Shown here: piece after piece, positions 46,948 to 57,600 of the stretch | How the letters are laid out: each line of letters starts with the position of its first letter | Position numbering within the stretch: the first letter of the stretch is position 1 | Source: an uncultured Desulfovibrio sp. | GTDB lineage: Bacteria; Desulfobacterota; Desulfovibrionia; Desulfovibrionales; Desulfovibrionaceae | DNA length: 64,000 nucleotides | Reading direction: 5' to 3' | Assembly (NCBI GenBank): GCA_964517635.1 | Contig: CAZFCC010000010.1 | Coordinates: forward strand, 7,812-71,811 | Position numbers and translations under genes: made by a program | Notes under the pieces: model-generated | What the model saw: the letters and a program-made list of their open reading frames with translations, nothing else | Told to the model about the DNA's origin: nothing | Database searches by the model: none

Positions 46948-48891
46948 TCAAGACGCTGCGCTGTTCCCCTTTCGCGCCTGCCACCAGAGCTGAAAAACCA
47001 GCAAAGTCCAGAGGGGCTTGCGCAGGTCTGCCCTGCCCGAAACATGCTCGTCCACAAGGGCGCGCACGGCGGCAGGTTCAAAAATACCCTGCGCCTTGAG
47101 GCTGTCTGCGCTGAGCAGGTCTTCCACAAGTGGGCGCATGCGCCCGCGCAGCCATTCTGCCACGGGAATCTGAAAGCCCCGCTTGTTGCGATACAGTATT
47201 TCCTTGGGTAGCAGGTCGGCAAAGGCCCGCTTGAGCAGCCACTTGCGCTTGAAGCCGTGCAACTTGCGGTTCACAGGCAGGCGGGCGGCAAATTCGGCCA
47301 CATCCTTGTCCAAAAACGGTGCTCGCACCTCAAGGCTATGCAGCATGGAGCAGCGATCCACCTTGACCAAAATATCGTCCAGCATGAACTGGCGCGCATA
47401 CACATGAAAGGCCCGCGCCAGCGGCGCGGCCGCATTGTGGGGCCGCCAATGCTCATACTGTTGGCGCGTGGGCGCAAAGAGGCGCTCCGGCGCAAGAAAA
47501 CCCGGAGCCTGCGCCTTGAAGGGGGAAGACAAAATCTCGGCCTGCATGTCGGGGGTAAAGGCCGTCAGCATGGTTTGCACGCGCTGCCATGCCGGAGCCT
47601 GCGCCGCGCGCAGAAACGTGGCCACCGCCAGGCGCGGATTGATGTATCCGGCGGACGAAGGCAGGCGGCGGGCCAGAGGCTCCACAAGCTTGCGCCGCAG
47701 CACAAGGGGCAAGGCATTATACCACTCCGCCACCTTAAAACCGATATAATGCTCATACCCGGCCCACAATTCGTCTGCACCGTCGCCGCCCAGGGCCACG
47801 GTGACCTTTTGGCGGGTCACGCCCGAAAGCAGCCAGGTGGGCGCCACCGAAGCGTCCGCCATGGGCACATCCATTTTGCTGATAATGCCGGGCAGATTGT
47901 CGGCGCATTCCTCTGCCGAAAGCACGCGCTCGTTGTGGTCTGTGCCAAAGGCCCCGGCCACGATGCGGGCATAACGCGACTCGTCGTAGCTGGCCTCGGT
48001 AAAGCCTATGGAAAAGGTTTTTATGGGCGAGGACGACTGCCGCGCCATCAGCCCTGCCACAATGGACGAATCAATGCCGCCCGAAAGAAAAACACCCAGG
48101 GGCACATCGCTGACCATGCGACGGCGCACGGCCTGGGCCAGCAGGCCCCGCAGTTCTTCGCAAAGTTCGTCGGTGCTGCGGGAGTCGTTTTCGTCCGGCA
48201 CGGGCATATCCCAATAGCGGCCCATGCGCAGGTTACCGCCTTCGAGCATGAGCCAGTGCGCCGGGGGCAGACTCGCCACTTCATCATACACGGTCTGCGG
48301 CGTGGGCACGTATTCATAAGCCAGATAGCGCATAACGGCTTCGGGGCTCAGGGTCAGGCTCAGCCCCATGCCCTGATCGCGCAGGGTTTCAAGAGCCGTC
48401 AGCTCCGAGGCAAAATGCAGCCTGCCCTGTTGCACCGTATAAAAAAACGGTTTTTTGCCAAAGGGGTCGCGCGCGCAAAAAAGGCGCTGCTCCACGGAAT
48501 CCCACAGGGCGAAGGCAAACATGCCGTTGAAGCGGCCGAGACAATCCACACCCCACAAGCGGTAGGCCTCAAGAATGACCTCTGTGTCCGAATTGGTCTG
48601 AAAGCGCGCTCCGGCGCTGGAAAGCTCTTGCTTCAGCTCCGCAAAATTATACATCTCGCCATTATATGTGATGGAATACCGCCCATCTACACTGTGCATG
48701 GGCTGGGCGCCCGTGCCGAGATCAATAATGGAAAGCCGCCGATGCCCGAGGCACAGCGGCCCGCTCAGCCACTGACCTTGGCCGTCCGGCCCGCGGTGGG
48801 CCAGGCGGTCGGTCATGGCTTGCACCCAGTGGAGGGCCTGTGGGTCAAGGGGCGAGGCGTCCAGTTGGCAAATACCGGCTATTCCACACAT
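46948..48891 (-). CDS. asnB: Glutamine-hydrolysing asparagine synthase-like amidotransferase
   Basis: MCGIAG, HRGPDG, HRRLSIID, NGEMYN, LSGGIDSS, GGDGADE and EVRAPFLD. Confidence 0.93.
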   Translation of the reverse strand: MCGIAGICQLDASPLDPQALHWVQAMTDRLAHRGPDGQGQWLSGPLCLGHRRLSIIDLGTGAQPMHSVDGRYSITYNGEMYNFAELKQELSSAGARFQTNSDTEVILEAYRLWGVDCLGRFNGMFAFALWDSVEQRLFCARDPFGKKPFFYTVQQGRLHFASELTALETLRDQGMGLSLTLSPEAVMRYLAYEYVPTPQTVYDEVASLPPAHWLMLEGGNLRMGRYWDMPVPDENDSRSTDELCEELRGLLAQAVRRRMVSDVPLGVFLSGGIDSSIVAGLMARQSSSPIKTFSIGFTEASYDESRYARIVAGAFGTDHNERVLSAEECADNLPGIISKMDVPMADASVAPTWLLSGVTRQKVTVALGGDGADELWAGYEHYIGFKVAEWYNALPLVLRRKLVEPLARRLPSSAGYINPRLAVATFLRAAQAPAWQRVQTMLTAFTPDMQAEILSSPFKAQAPGFLAPERLFAPTRQQYEHWRPHNAAAPLARAFHVYARQFMLDDILVKVDRCSMLHSLEVRAPFLDKDVAEFAARLPVNRKLHGFKRKWLLKRAFADLLPKEILYRNKRGFQIPVAEWLRGRMRPLVEDLLSADSLKAQGIFEPAAVRALVDEHVSGRADLRKPLWTLLVFQLWWQARKGNSAAS

Positions 48892-50414
48892 GATTCTTTC
48901 CAGCACTTGTAATTATTGGTGAATATGCGGGCCAAACGATCATTGTTGGCTTCAGGATCAAACATCTGGGCTGCCAGCAGCCTGCCATTACGGGCCAGTT
49001 GCGCCGCCAAGGCCCTGTCGCCAGCAAGCTGGGCAATGGCCTCGGCCAGGGCTTTGGCATCTCCCGGGGGAACGGCCAGACCTGTCTTGCCATGGCGCAC
49101 CACCTCGGGCAGGGCGTTGACAGTGGTGCTGACCACGGGCAAGCCGTAGGCCAGCGCCTCGATAACCGTGTTGGGGATGCCGTCGCGGCGGCCCGAGGCG
49201 TGTACCACGCAGGGCGCGGCAAAAATATGGTGCTCCCCGAGCAGCCGGGGCAGTTCATTGTGCGAAATCAGGCCGGGCATGGTCACGTGGCCTTCCAGCT
49301 TGAGCTCCTTGTGCAAACGCATCAGCTCTGCCTGCATGTTGCCAAGGCCCATGGCCTTGCCGCCGCCGCCCGCCAGCGTCAGCCTGAAGTCCAGCCCCTG
49401 TTCGCGCAGAATCCCGCAGGCCCGCAGCAAAACGTCAAAACCCTTGGTAACGTCAAAGCGCCCAAGCGCCAGCAAACGCACGGGCCGGGGCATGGCCTCG
49501 GGCGCGGCAGAAGGCCGGGCTTCTTCCAGGGGCGAAACGAGGCCAGCATAGCCGCCCGAAGCATCGCTCGCAGGCACGGGCGCAGGCCCAGACATAACGG
49601 CAGCTCCAGGCCCGGAGGCTGCAACAAGCGCTGCCCCAGACGCTGTCACAGACGCTGCCACAGACGCTGTCACAGACGCTGTCACAGGCGCTGCACCAGA
49701 CGCTGCCTCCGCGGCGGCTTCGCTTTCGCCCACCAGCGACGGCAGGGTCAGGCCGTTATAAACAAGCTCCACCTTGCCCTTGGCCTGTCCCCTGTCAAAG
49801 CTTTCGATACGCCCCTTGTCGGCGGCATTATTGGCGCGCACAAGAAAGGCCGCGTCCAGTTTGTCGCCAAGATCCGGGTCAGCAGGCTCAAGGTTGTCGC
49901 CCCGCGCGCAGGTGGCAAAGGGCAGCCCGGCAAGACTGCCGGCCACCCAGGCTGCCGTGGCTGTGCCACGCGGCCAGGGGGCGTAAATCATGTCGATGCC
50001 AGCCTCTGTCAAACGACGGGCCAGGTAAACGCCAGCACAAAAGGCCCAAAGATTTTCGCCAAAAGTCTCGATGCTGCGCCAGCGGCGGAACATGGTGCGC
50101 CGGAAAAGCCTTAGCAGGCGCACGGGGCGCGTAAACATCTGCCGCAGCAGTTCCGCCAAAATGACTGGTAGCGCACGCGTGCCCATAGTTATGGTCTCGC
50201 GCGCCACGCTGCGCATTTCTGTGGAACAGTGGCGCAAATTGGGGCCGTACAGGCTGTAAACCGCAACGGGAAGGCGCTGGCGCAGGCCCTGCACCTCGCG
50301 AAATATAAAAGGCTGGGTGAAAAGAGGATACCAGAGCAGCACACAGGCCACATGGGGCAAGCCCGCAGCGAATGGCGGTGGGGTGGATTCTTCGCCTGTT
50401 CTTTTTATTGTCAT
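48879..50414 (-). CDS. GT4 (GT-B) glycosyltransferase with an internal repeat insertion
   Basis: LLWYPLFTQPFIFRE, GRF..TKG, DGIPNTVIEA and PEVV..G..G. Confidence 0.9.
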   Translation of the reverse strand: MTIKRTGEESTPPPFAAGLPHVACVLLWYPLFTQPFIFREVQGLRQRLPVAVYSLYGPNLRHCSTEMRSVARETITMGTRALPVILAELLRQMFTRPVRLLRLFRRTMFRRWRSIETFGENLWAFCAGVYLARRLTEAGIDMIYAPWPRGTATAAWVAGSLAGLPFATCARGDNLEPADPDLGDKLDAAFLVRANNAADKGRIESFDRGQAKGKVELVYNGLTLPSLVGESEAAAEAASGAAPVTASVTASVAASVTASGAALVAASGPGAAVMSGPAPVPASDASGGYAGLVSPLEEARPSAAPEAMPRPVRLLALGRFDVTKGFDVLLRACGILREQGLDFRLTLAGGGGKAMGLGNMQAELMRLHKELKLEGHVTMPGLISHNELPRLLGEHHIFAAPCVVHASGRRDGIPNTVIEALAYGLPVVSTTVNALPEVVRHGKTGLAVPPGDAKALAEAIAQLAGDRALAAQLARNGRLLAAQMFDPEANNDRLARIFTNNYKCWKESCVE

Positions 50415-50598
50415 TGCCTGCTCCTGAGCGTCTGCAAGGGGCAAATCCATAACTTTCTATGTCCGGGCATGTACCTTGTTTCAAAGACAAAATGCCCTAA
50501 GATAATGCGGGATGCAACCAGCGTAGGGCCGTGTGGATTGCGCCGAAGACCACCTGTAAAAATGGAGTGCACCATTGAAACGCGCAACACGGCAACGC

Positions 50599-51624
50599 TT
50601 ATGTGCAACAGGCCCAATCGTTGGGCCCGGCATCTGCGGCCCGGAGCAGACCGCTGCTTTCGGGAGCGGCGGGGCCCAGGGTTTCGCGCAACTGATCCAT
50701 GGTCAGGCAGCGCACGTTCCAGCGGGCCATGAGCCAGTCTGTCCAGGCCTGTATCTTGTTCATGAGCCTGTCCACAGCAGCGGCATCGGGCAGATGCGGC
50801 GCGCCGCCCGGCATCATTTCTGAAGAATGCCAGGTAAGGGACAAAACCCGGCCCCCCCGAGCCACAAACAGCCGGGTTATGGCCTGCATGGCCCATAAGG
50901 GGTGATAGACGGGTAAAAGACTCAATGCACCCCAGTTTTTGAATCCGGGACGCAGGCGCGGCGCAGCGCGGCGCAGCGCGGCGGGCAAACACGGTAAAAG
51001 CGGAGTAACGCTGAGGGGCACTTCAAAAATACGGCCTTCCGGCGTGGATACCCAATACGGATCGCGCGGCGCGTTAAAATGATCCGGCCCGGCCAGCGGG
51101 CTGACCCCACAATGCAGCGGGCGCACCGAGGCGTCTACCAGAATGCCAGCTTGAGCCAGCAGCGGCCAGAGGCTGCGGTGCAAGTCCCAGCGGCCCATGC
51201 GAAACGATGTCAGCGGCGCGCTCTGAAAATCACGCCCGGCAGCCATGAGGGTTGCGAGCTTGGCGGCCATGAGGGGAGCGGGAACCGCGGCGGCAGGAAC
51301 GCTGGCGGCATTGTCGCCAAGGGCGGCGTCGGCATGGGGCCCATCAAGGGTCAGGGGCGGCGTGTTCCAGTGGTGCAAATGCGCGCCGATTTCCGCCCCG
51401 TGGCTGTCGCGGGCATGGGCCAGAGCCTGACGGGAAGGCGCATGGGCGAGCACGCTGTGTGCGCAGAACAGCGTAGGGCGCACCCCCCGCTCGTACAGCG
51501 GGGCAAGGCGCGTGAGGCTGGCGGTATTGGCCATGGAATAGTCCCGGCGGGCGTACTGCCCGCCAAACAGCCCTTCTTCTTCCACATCCAGACTGACAGC
51601 GAGATATATATCCGGACGGCTCAT
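50599..51624 (-). CDS. Polysaccharide deacetylase-like (WalW-type) protein
   Basis: SLDVEEE, EIGAHLH.WNTPP, SFRMGRW and LTWHSSE; ATGA overlap with the upstream GT. Confidence 0.8.
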   Translation of the reverse strand: MSRPDIYLAVSLDVEEEGLFGGQYARRDYSMANTASLTRLAPLYERGVRPTLFCAHSVLAHAPSRQALAHARDSHGAEIGAHLHHWNTPPLTLDGPHADAALGDNAASVPAAAVPAPLMAAKLATLMAAGRDFQSAPLTSFRMGRWDLHRSLWPLLAQAGILVDASVRPLHCGVSPLAGPDHFNAPRDPYWVSTPEGRIFEVPLSVTPLLPCLPAALRRAAPRLRPGFKNWGALSLLPVYHPLWAMQAITRLFVARGGRVLSLTWHSSEMMPGGAPHLPDAAAVDRLMNKIQAWTDWLMARWNVRCLTMDQLRETLGPAAPESSGLLRAADAGPNDWACCT

Positions 51625-52979
51625 GCGCCCTCTTCCGCCGTGCCGCTTGCGGCAAAATTCCGGCCCGAAGCGCTGTGGTCGCTGGGGTGCGCCTCGTCGG
51701 CGCGGGCACATTCCGTTACGTACAAGTCGTAGACGGCCTTAATGTTGCGCTCGGGATCAAAAAGTTTTTCCACCAGGGCGCGCCCCGCCTGGGCCATGCC
51801 CAGGGTGGCCTCCCGGTCAGCAAGCATGCGGCGCACGGCATGGGCCAGCGCGCGCGGATCGCGCTGCTGCACCAGCAGACCGGTTTCGCCGTCAATGATC
51901 ACCTCGGAAATGCCGCACACGTCGGTAGCAATAACCGGCATGCAGTGCGAAAGGGCTTCTATGATCACGTTGGGGATGCCGTCGCGATCGCCATTGGTGT
52001 GAACAACGCTGGGCATGATAAGCATGTCATGATTCAGCATAAAGTCGCAAATTTTATCGTGGGGGATGAAGCCCGGCATGTCCACAACGCCGGCAAGGCC
52101 CAGCTCATCGCGCATTTTTGTCAGCTTGCGCCGCCAGTTGCCGTCTCCCACAAGGGTCAGGGTCACCGGCACGTTTTCACGCCGCAGCCGAGCCATGGCT
52201 GTGAGCAGTTCGGGAAAACCCTTGGTGCGGGCAAAGCGTCCCACAGCCAGCAGGCGATAGGGCGCCCGCATAGGCATGGCGCACTGACCACCGGGCCGAA
52301 ACGTGAGGCTGTTATAGATGGCATGCACCTTGTCTTTGCCCTCAGGCGGACAAAAACTGCGCAGCCATTGCACGTTGGTCTGGTTATTGGTGCGGATAAA
52401 GAGCGCATCGCGAGATTTTTCTCGCAACAGGCCGTCTTCGGGATAAATATCTCCGGCTCGGCCCGTAAAGGCAAAAGGAATGCCAGACATGCGCGAAGCA
52501 ACCCAGGCGGCAGTGGCTGGCCCGTTGGCCCAGGCCGCATGGATCAGCTGCACGCCGTCCTGACGACACTGCTCGGCCAGCAGAAAACCCGCCAGAAAAC
52601 ACCAGACATTTTCGCCTTCGGCCTCAAGATTGCGCATGCGCCGGAAAAAGCCCTCGCGCATGAGCCGCCAAACCTTGCCCGGCTGCTGGCGCAAAGCGCG
52701 CCAAAAGGCGGCCAGAATCCTGCCCGCAGCTTTAAAGCCCATGCGCCGCACTTGCCCGGCGTAGGCGCGCATCTCTTCGCTGCAACCCTTGAGGTTTTCG
52801 CCATACATGCTGTAGGCATACACCGGAAGGCCCCGTTGCATGAGCTGCACAATCTCACGAAATATAAAAGTCTCTGAAGACAAGGGGAACCATAGAAGGA
52901 CGTAGGCGATAACCGGGGGCACTGCCCGCCGGTCGCGCTCTGCTCCCGCTTTTGTGGCGTGGCCACTAATAAAAGACAT
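51621..52979 (-). CDS. GT4 glycosyltransferase (paralog of 48879-50414)
   Basis: LLWFPLSSETFIFRE, GRFARTKG and DGIPNVIIEA. Confidence 0.9.
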   Translation of the reverse strand: MSFISGHATKAGAERDRRAVPPVIAYVLLWFPLSSETFIFREIVQLMQRGLPVYAYSMYGENLKGCSEEMRAYAGQVRRMGFKAAGRILAAFWRALRQQPGKVWRLMREGFFRRMRNLEAEGENVWCFLAGFLLAEQCRQDGVQLIHAAWANGPATAAWVASRMSGIPFAFTGRAGDIYPEDGLLREKSRDALFIRTNNQTNVQWLRSFCPPEGKDKVHAIYNSLTFRPGGQCAMPMRAPYRLLAVGRFARTKGFPELLTAMARLRRENVPVTLTLVGDGNWRRKLTKMRDELGLAGVVDMPGFIPHDKICDFMLNHDMLIMPSVVHTNGDRDGIPNVIIEALSHCMPVIATDVCGISEVIIDGETGLLVQQRDPRALAHAVRRMLADREATLGMAQAGRALVEKLFDPERNIKAVYDLYVTECARADEAHPSDHSASGRNFAASGTAEEGA

Positions 52980-53033
52980 GCTGATCTCCGCAGAAACGAG
53001 AGCCGGGCCATAAGGCCCGGCCGGAGTGTTGTT

Positions 53034-54356
53034 TTATTCGCCCAGGGATTCTTCGGCGTGTTCGCGTTTGTATTTTTCAACAATTGCTTGCGCCTTGGGA
53101 ATCTCTTCTTTCACGGCGTCAAGCGCCGTGCGGATATGCTCTTCCGTATGTGCGGCTGAAAGGAAGAAACGCAGCCTGTCCGTGCCTTCCTTGACTGCAG
53201 GGAAGGTGATGGGCATGACGTAGATGCCGCGTTTGAACAGGGCGTTGGACAAAAAGCCCGCCACCATGGGGTCGCCCACCATAACAGGCACAATGGCATA
53301 GCCCTGGGCCGCGCCCGTATCAAGGCCGATGCTCGAAGCGTATTCCACAAAAAACTTGGAAATGCTCTGCAGCTTGTGCACCCGTTGCGGTTCACGCAGC
53401 ATGATGTCCAGGGCCTTTTGGCAGGCCACGGCAATAACCGGGGGCATGCCCACGCTGAACACAAAGCCCGGCGAACCATATTTGAGAAATTCTATCAGCT
53501 CATGCCGACCGGCGATAAAACCGCCGCAACCGCACATGGACTTGGAGAGCGTGCTCATCCACATGTCCACTTCTGTGGGGTCGATGCCGAAATGCTCGTG
53601 AGCGCCGCGCCCGGTTGCGCCGAGCACGCCCAGCGAGTGGGCCTCGTCAACCAACAACATGCAGTCATACTGCTTTTTCAGCTGAATGATGCGGGGCAGA
53701 TCGGGGATATTGCCGTCCATGCTGAACAGGCCTTCGGTAACGATAATGGCCCGTTTGTGGTCGGCGCGCTTGGCCTTGAGCACTTCTTCAAGAGCGTCGC
53801 AATCGTTGTGATTATACGAGTAGCGCGCTGCATGCGAGAGGCGGGCGCCCTGAACCAACGAGTTGTGGGCCAGGCCGTCATGAAAAATGGCGTCGCGGTG
53901 GCCGAGCAAAAAGCCCAGTGTGGATACGTTGGTGGCGTGGCCGCTGACGTACACGATACTGTCTTCAACACCATACAGGTCGGCAAAGGCGCGCTCCAGC
54001 GCACGGTGGGGCGGGCGCTCGCCGCCCACAAGGCGGCTGGCTCCGGCAGAAGTTCCGTACACGGCGGCAGCTTCGGCGACGACCTCGGTTATTTCCGGAT
54101 GGGCGTTGATATCCAGATAATCGTAGGTGGAAAAGTTCAGATATTCTTTGCCTTCAATAAACGTGGTGGCCTTGGCCGCGCGCTCGTGGCAAAGAAAAAG
54201 AGGATTTTCCATCCCCATCTTGGCTCCCATCTCCACAAGCCGGTCGAAGGCGAGCTTGGAACGCATGCGACTAAAGCCGCTGGCGGAGCTTTCAGTGGCG
54301 GCAGCGGTTGTTGATGCCGCCTCTTTTCCGGCCTGACAGGAATGGTCTTTCTTCAT
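53034..54356 (-). CDS. PLP-dependent alpha-oxoamine synthase (WcbT/RkpG-like)
   Basis: NFSTYDYL, GTSAGASRLVGGERP, VSGHATNV, DEAHSLG and TLSK. Confidence 0.88.
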   Translation of the reverse strand: MKKDHSCQAGKEAASTTAAATESSASGFSRMRSKLAFDRLVEMGAKMGMENPLFLCHERAAKATTFIEGKEYLNFSTYDYLDINAHPEITEVVAEAAAVYGTSAGASRLVGGERPPHRALERAFADLYGVEDSIVYVSGHATNVSTLGFLLGHRDAIFHDGLAHNSLVQGARLSHAARYSYNHNDCDALEEVLKAKRADHKRAIIVTEGLFSMDGNIPDLPRIIQLKKQYDCMLLVDEAHSLGVLGATGRGAHEHFGIDPTEVDMWMSTLSKSMCGCGGFIAGRHELIEFLKYGSPGFVFSVGMPPVIAVACQKALDIMLREPQRVHKLQSISKFFVEYASSIGLDTGAAQGYAIVPVMVGDPMVAGFLSNALFKRGIYVMPITFPAVKEGTDRLRFFLSAAHTEEHIRTALDAVKEEIPKAQAIVEKYKREHAEESLGE

Positions 54357-54688
54357 GCCTTGTCCTCTTAAATTTGTCCAAAAAACGCGCCAATTCGCAC
54401 CCTGCAGCAAGCCGCCGGGCACTGAGCGCAACTTTGTAAGGATCTAGTATAGCCAATGCGCGGAAGTATGGCAAGTGCGGAATAACAAATACACGGCAGG
54501 CCGCAAAAGCGGCTACCGGCAAGGCATCAGGGTGCTGCGGCCGTTTTGTTGCGCGCTTTTCCTATGCGTAGTTACGGCTGCTCTTCTGGACAAGCACTAC
54601 GATATACCCTAACATAAGACTCTTAGCCGATCTGGGCCACGGTTCGGCCCCTTTTTTGACCAACCGCGCTCCACAGGCTTAAAACTAT

Positions 54689-57600
54689 ATGCAGCAAGAC
54701 CCTGCTCCTCAATACGGCGACTGTCGTATAACACAAAGCACCGCTCTTCCCGGCGGCCTGCTGGCCGTGCCTCTTCCGAGCATCGCGTTTTCATGCCCCG
54801 CTCCGGAAGGCTCCAACCTCGACCAGCAAGATTCCTCTGCGGTCGACATCAGTGCCCAGGATATGGTTCAACTGTGTTTCAAGTGGCTTACACACATTGA
54901 AACTCCCGGGCCTGTCCTGCTCTGGCTTTGCTGGCACGAGCAAAACACCCCCGCCCCGCTGGCCCTGCCTCTGGTGCTGGCTCTTCAGGGGCTGCAAAAT
55001 CTCTGGCGCATCGGGCCCATCCGCTTCCAGTGCGAACCCTTTATGCCCGGCCAGATGTTGGAGGCTGAAAAACTCCTGCGCGACATGCCGCAGCACGGCG
55101 AAAGCACAGTAGAAGCCCCCAACGGCAAGCCCACAAAAACGCCGCTGCGCTCCCCTTCGGGCGCCGATCAGATTATGCGGCCCGTGACAGGACGCGTGCC
55201 GACCATTCTTTTGCTGAACTTTACGAGCGATGAAGAAAGCAGGCTGCATTGCCATCCGCTGTTGCTGCGCTTGCCGGCGCTCACTCCGCCCTGCTGCGAC
55301 ACGCTCATGTGCCGCAAAAGCCCGCCCCGCATCGCTCCGGAGGAAAAAACGCCTGCGCCTGCGCCGCACACGAGCCAACCGCAGCCCACGGTGAACGCCA
55401 TGGCCATGCCTGCGCCGCACACGAGCCAGCCGCAGCCCACGGTGAACGCCATGGCCATGCCTGCGCCCGGCGCTTGCGGCGTCTCTGGTGTTCCCGGCAT
55501 CCCCGGTATCCCCGGCATCCCCGGCGCCTGTGCAGATCCCCACACTCCCGACGCATACGCAGCACCTGGAGAGATTTTTCTTGACGGTGTGCGCTATACG
55601 GAACTTCCTCAGGACGGCCTACTCTGGCGCATAGGCGCCGTCAACCCCCTATGGCGTCAGGAATTGCTCGTGCTGCCGCACAATCCCGACGCTGCCGCCC
55701 TCGCGGCCCTGGAGCCGCGCGGCCTGTGGCTGGCCCCTGTTCAAACGCCGCCGCCCCTGGCCGTCATGTGCTGCGGGCTGGGTTCGGTCTGGCCGGGCAT
55801 GGGCCGCGAACTGTACGACAGTTTCCCCGTTGCGCGCGCGGCCATGGATCGCATCGCCGCCGTGGCTGACTGGGACGTGCTTGGCCTTATGGACGAAAAG
55901 GATGTGGAAAAAATCAGCCTTACCCGCTGGCAGTCGCCCTACCTTTTCATGCTCGAATTTGCGCAGTGGAGCGTGCTTTCTTCTCTGGGCCTGCGGCCTT
56001 CGCTCTTTTGTGGCCACAGCTTGGGCGAGATTATCGCCCTCTGCCTCAGCGGCATCGTTGAGCCCGAGGCGGCCTGGTACATGCTCGACACCCGCGCTGT
56101 GCACATGGCCGAACTGGAAGCCGCAGCCACGCGCGAAACAGGCATGATGGCCGTCCACGCCAACATTGAAGTCGTTGAAGAAATCCGCGCAACCTGGCCG
56201 TCGCTCTACGTATCCAACTATAATACGCCCCAACAGTTCATCCTCAGCGGCCCGCGCGAGGCCCTGCAAGAAGCCCGCAAAAGCCTGCGCAAGCGGCGTA
56301 TACCGGCCATTGTGCTCAACGTGAGCCTGGCTTTTCACCATCCGAGCATGCGCGTGTTGCGCGATCTTTCGCAGCGCCGCCTCAATGCCCTGGAAATGCA
56401 CGCGCCGAACATCCCCATACTGAGCTGTATCACCACCGACTTTTACCCCAACGACCAGCCCTCCATTTGCCAGCACATGACTGATCTGGATGAAAACTCC
56501 GTGCGCTGGACAGAATGCGTGCATGCCATGTGGAACAGAGACGGCATCCGCCACTTTGTCGAACTGGGGCCGCAGGATACCATTTGCGGGCTCACTCGTG
56601 ACAACGAATCCCGGGCCCTGTGCCTGCCAGCCGGGCGCAAGGGCAAAGAAGTCGAGGGCATGCGCCAGACATGCGCCCGCCTCTACTCCCTGGGGCATCT
56701 GCGCGATGATTCCATCCGCGCGCGCGTTACCTCTATGCGTGAGGGGCGTGATGCCGCGGCTGCCGCACGCGCGCCGCTGCCCCACTGCGGCCTTATACCC
56801 GTCGGAACCCCAGACGCCGCCTGCCCCGTAGAAAGCGTCGCCCCAATGGTGCCCGACGCCCAAACACCGACGCCACTTGAAACACAGACCAACGCCCAAA
56901 CACAGGCCGATGCCCCTTCAAGCACGACCGACGCGGCCCCCACAGCGGCCAACGATTTTTCCGCCGACGCAGCTCTGCGCGTGGTTATGGACGTGCTGTC
57001 CCGCGCCAGCGGGCGGGCAGTGGAAGACCTGCGCCCTGAAATGGATCTGCGCTATGACCTGGCCCTGCGCTCCAGCCGTTTCCCCCTCATCATTCAGGAA
57101 GTGGAAAAAGCGCTGGATATTATCGTCAACTTTGAAGATCTGCTTAAAGTTTCGACCATAGGCGATCTGGCGCGCATTCTGGGCGGCAATCCCCTTGCCA
57201 GCAACGAACAGGAACGCACGGCGGCAGGCGCAAGCTCTTTCAGCCGGGCGGCCAGCGCCTGCGCCCCTTTATGCCGATTCGCGCCACTGCTGCGGCCCTG
57301 GCCGGAAGAAGACGCTCCGGCGCAAGCGAGCACTCCGGCGCAAACGAGCACCCCGGCTGAAGCCAGCATTCCGGCACAAGCCAGTGCAATCCTTGCAAAA
57401 AGTGCCCCAGCCCAGTTACCGCTGGATCCCTGTGGCCAAGGGCTGCCCATACACATGGGCGATGTGCTGGCCCTGCTCTTTTTCGAGCCAGAGCTTTTAC
57501 CTGCGCTCATGAGCGGACTCGCGCCGCTGGGCTGCGTGTTGGGCGTGCCCAAAGATCAGCTTGAAGCCTGCGCGCCCCTGGCCAAGGCCGGTTCGCGCCT

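Noticed and set aside
47257-48912. 551-aa plus-strand ORF
   Set aside because: Antisense shadow of asnB in GC-rich DNA.
53034-54356. Annotation as biotin synthesis bioF
   Set aside because: No bio genes nearby; context and motif blocks fit the WcbT/RkpG subgroup better.
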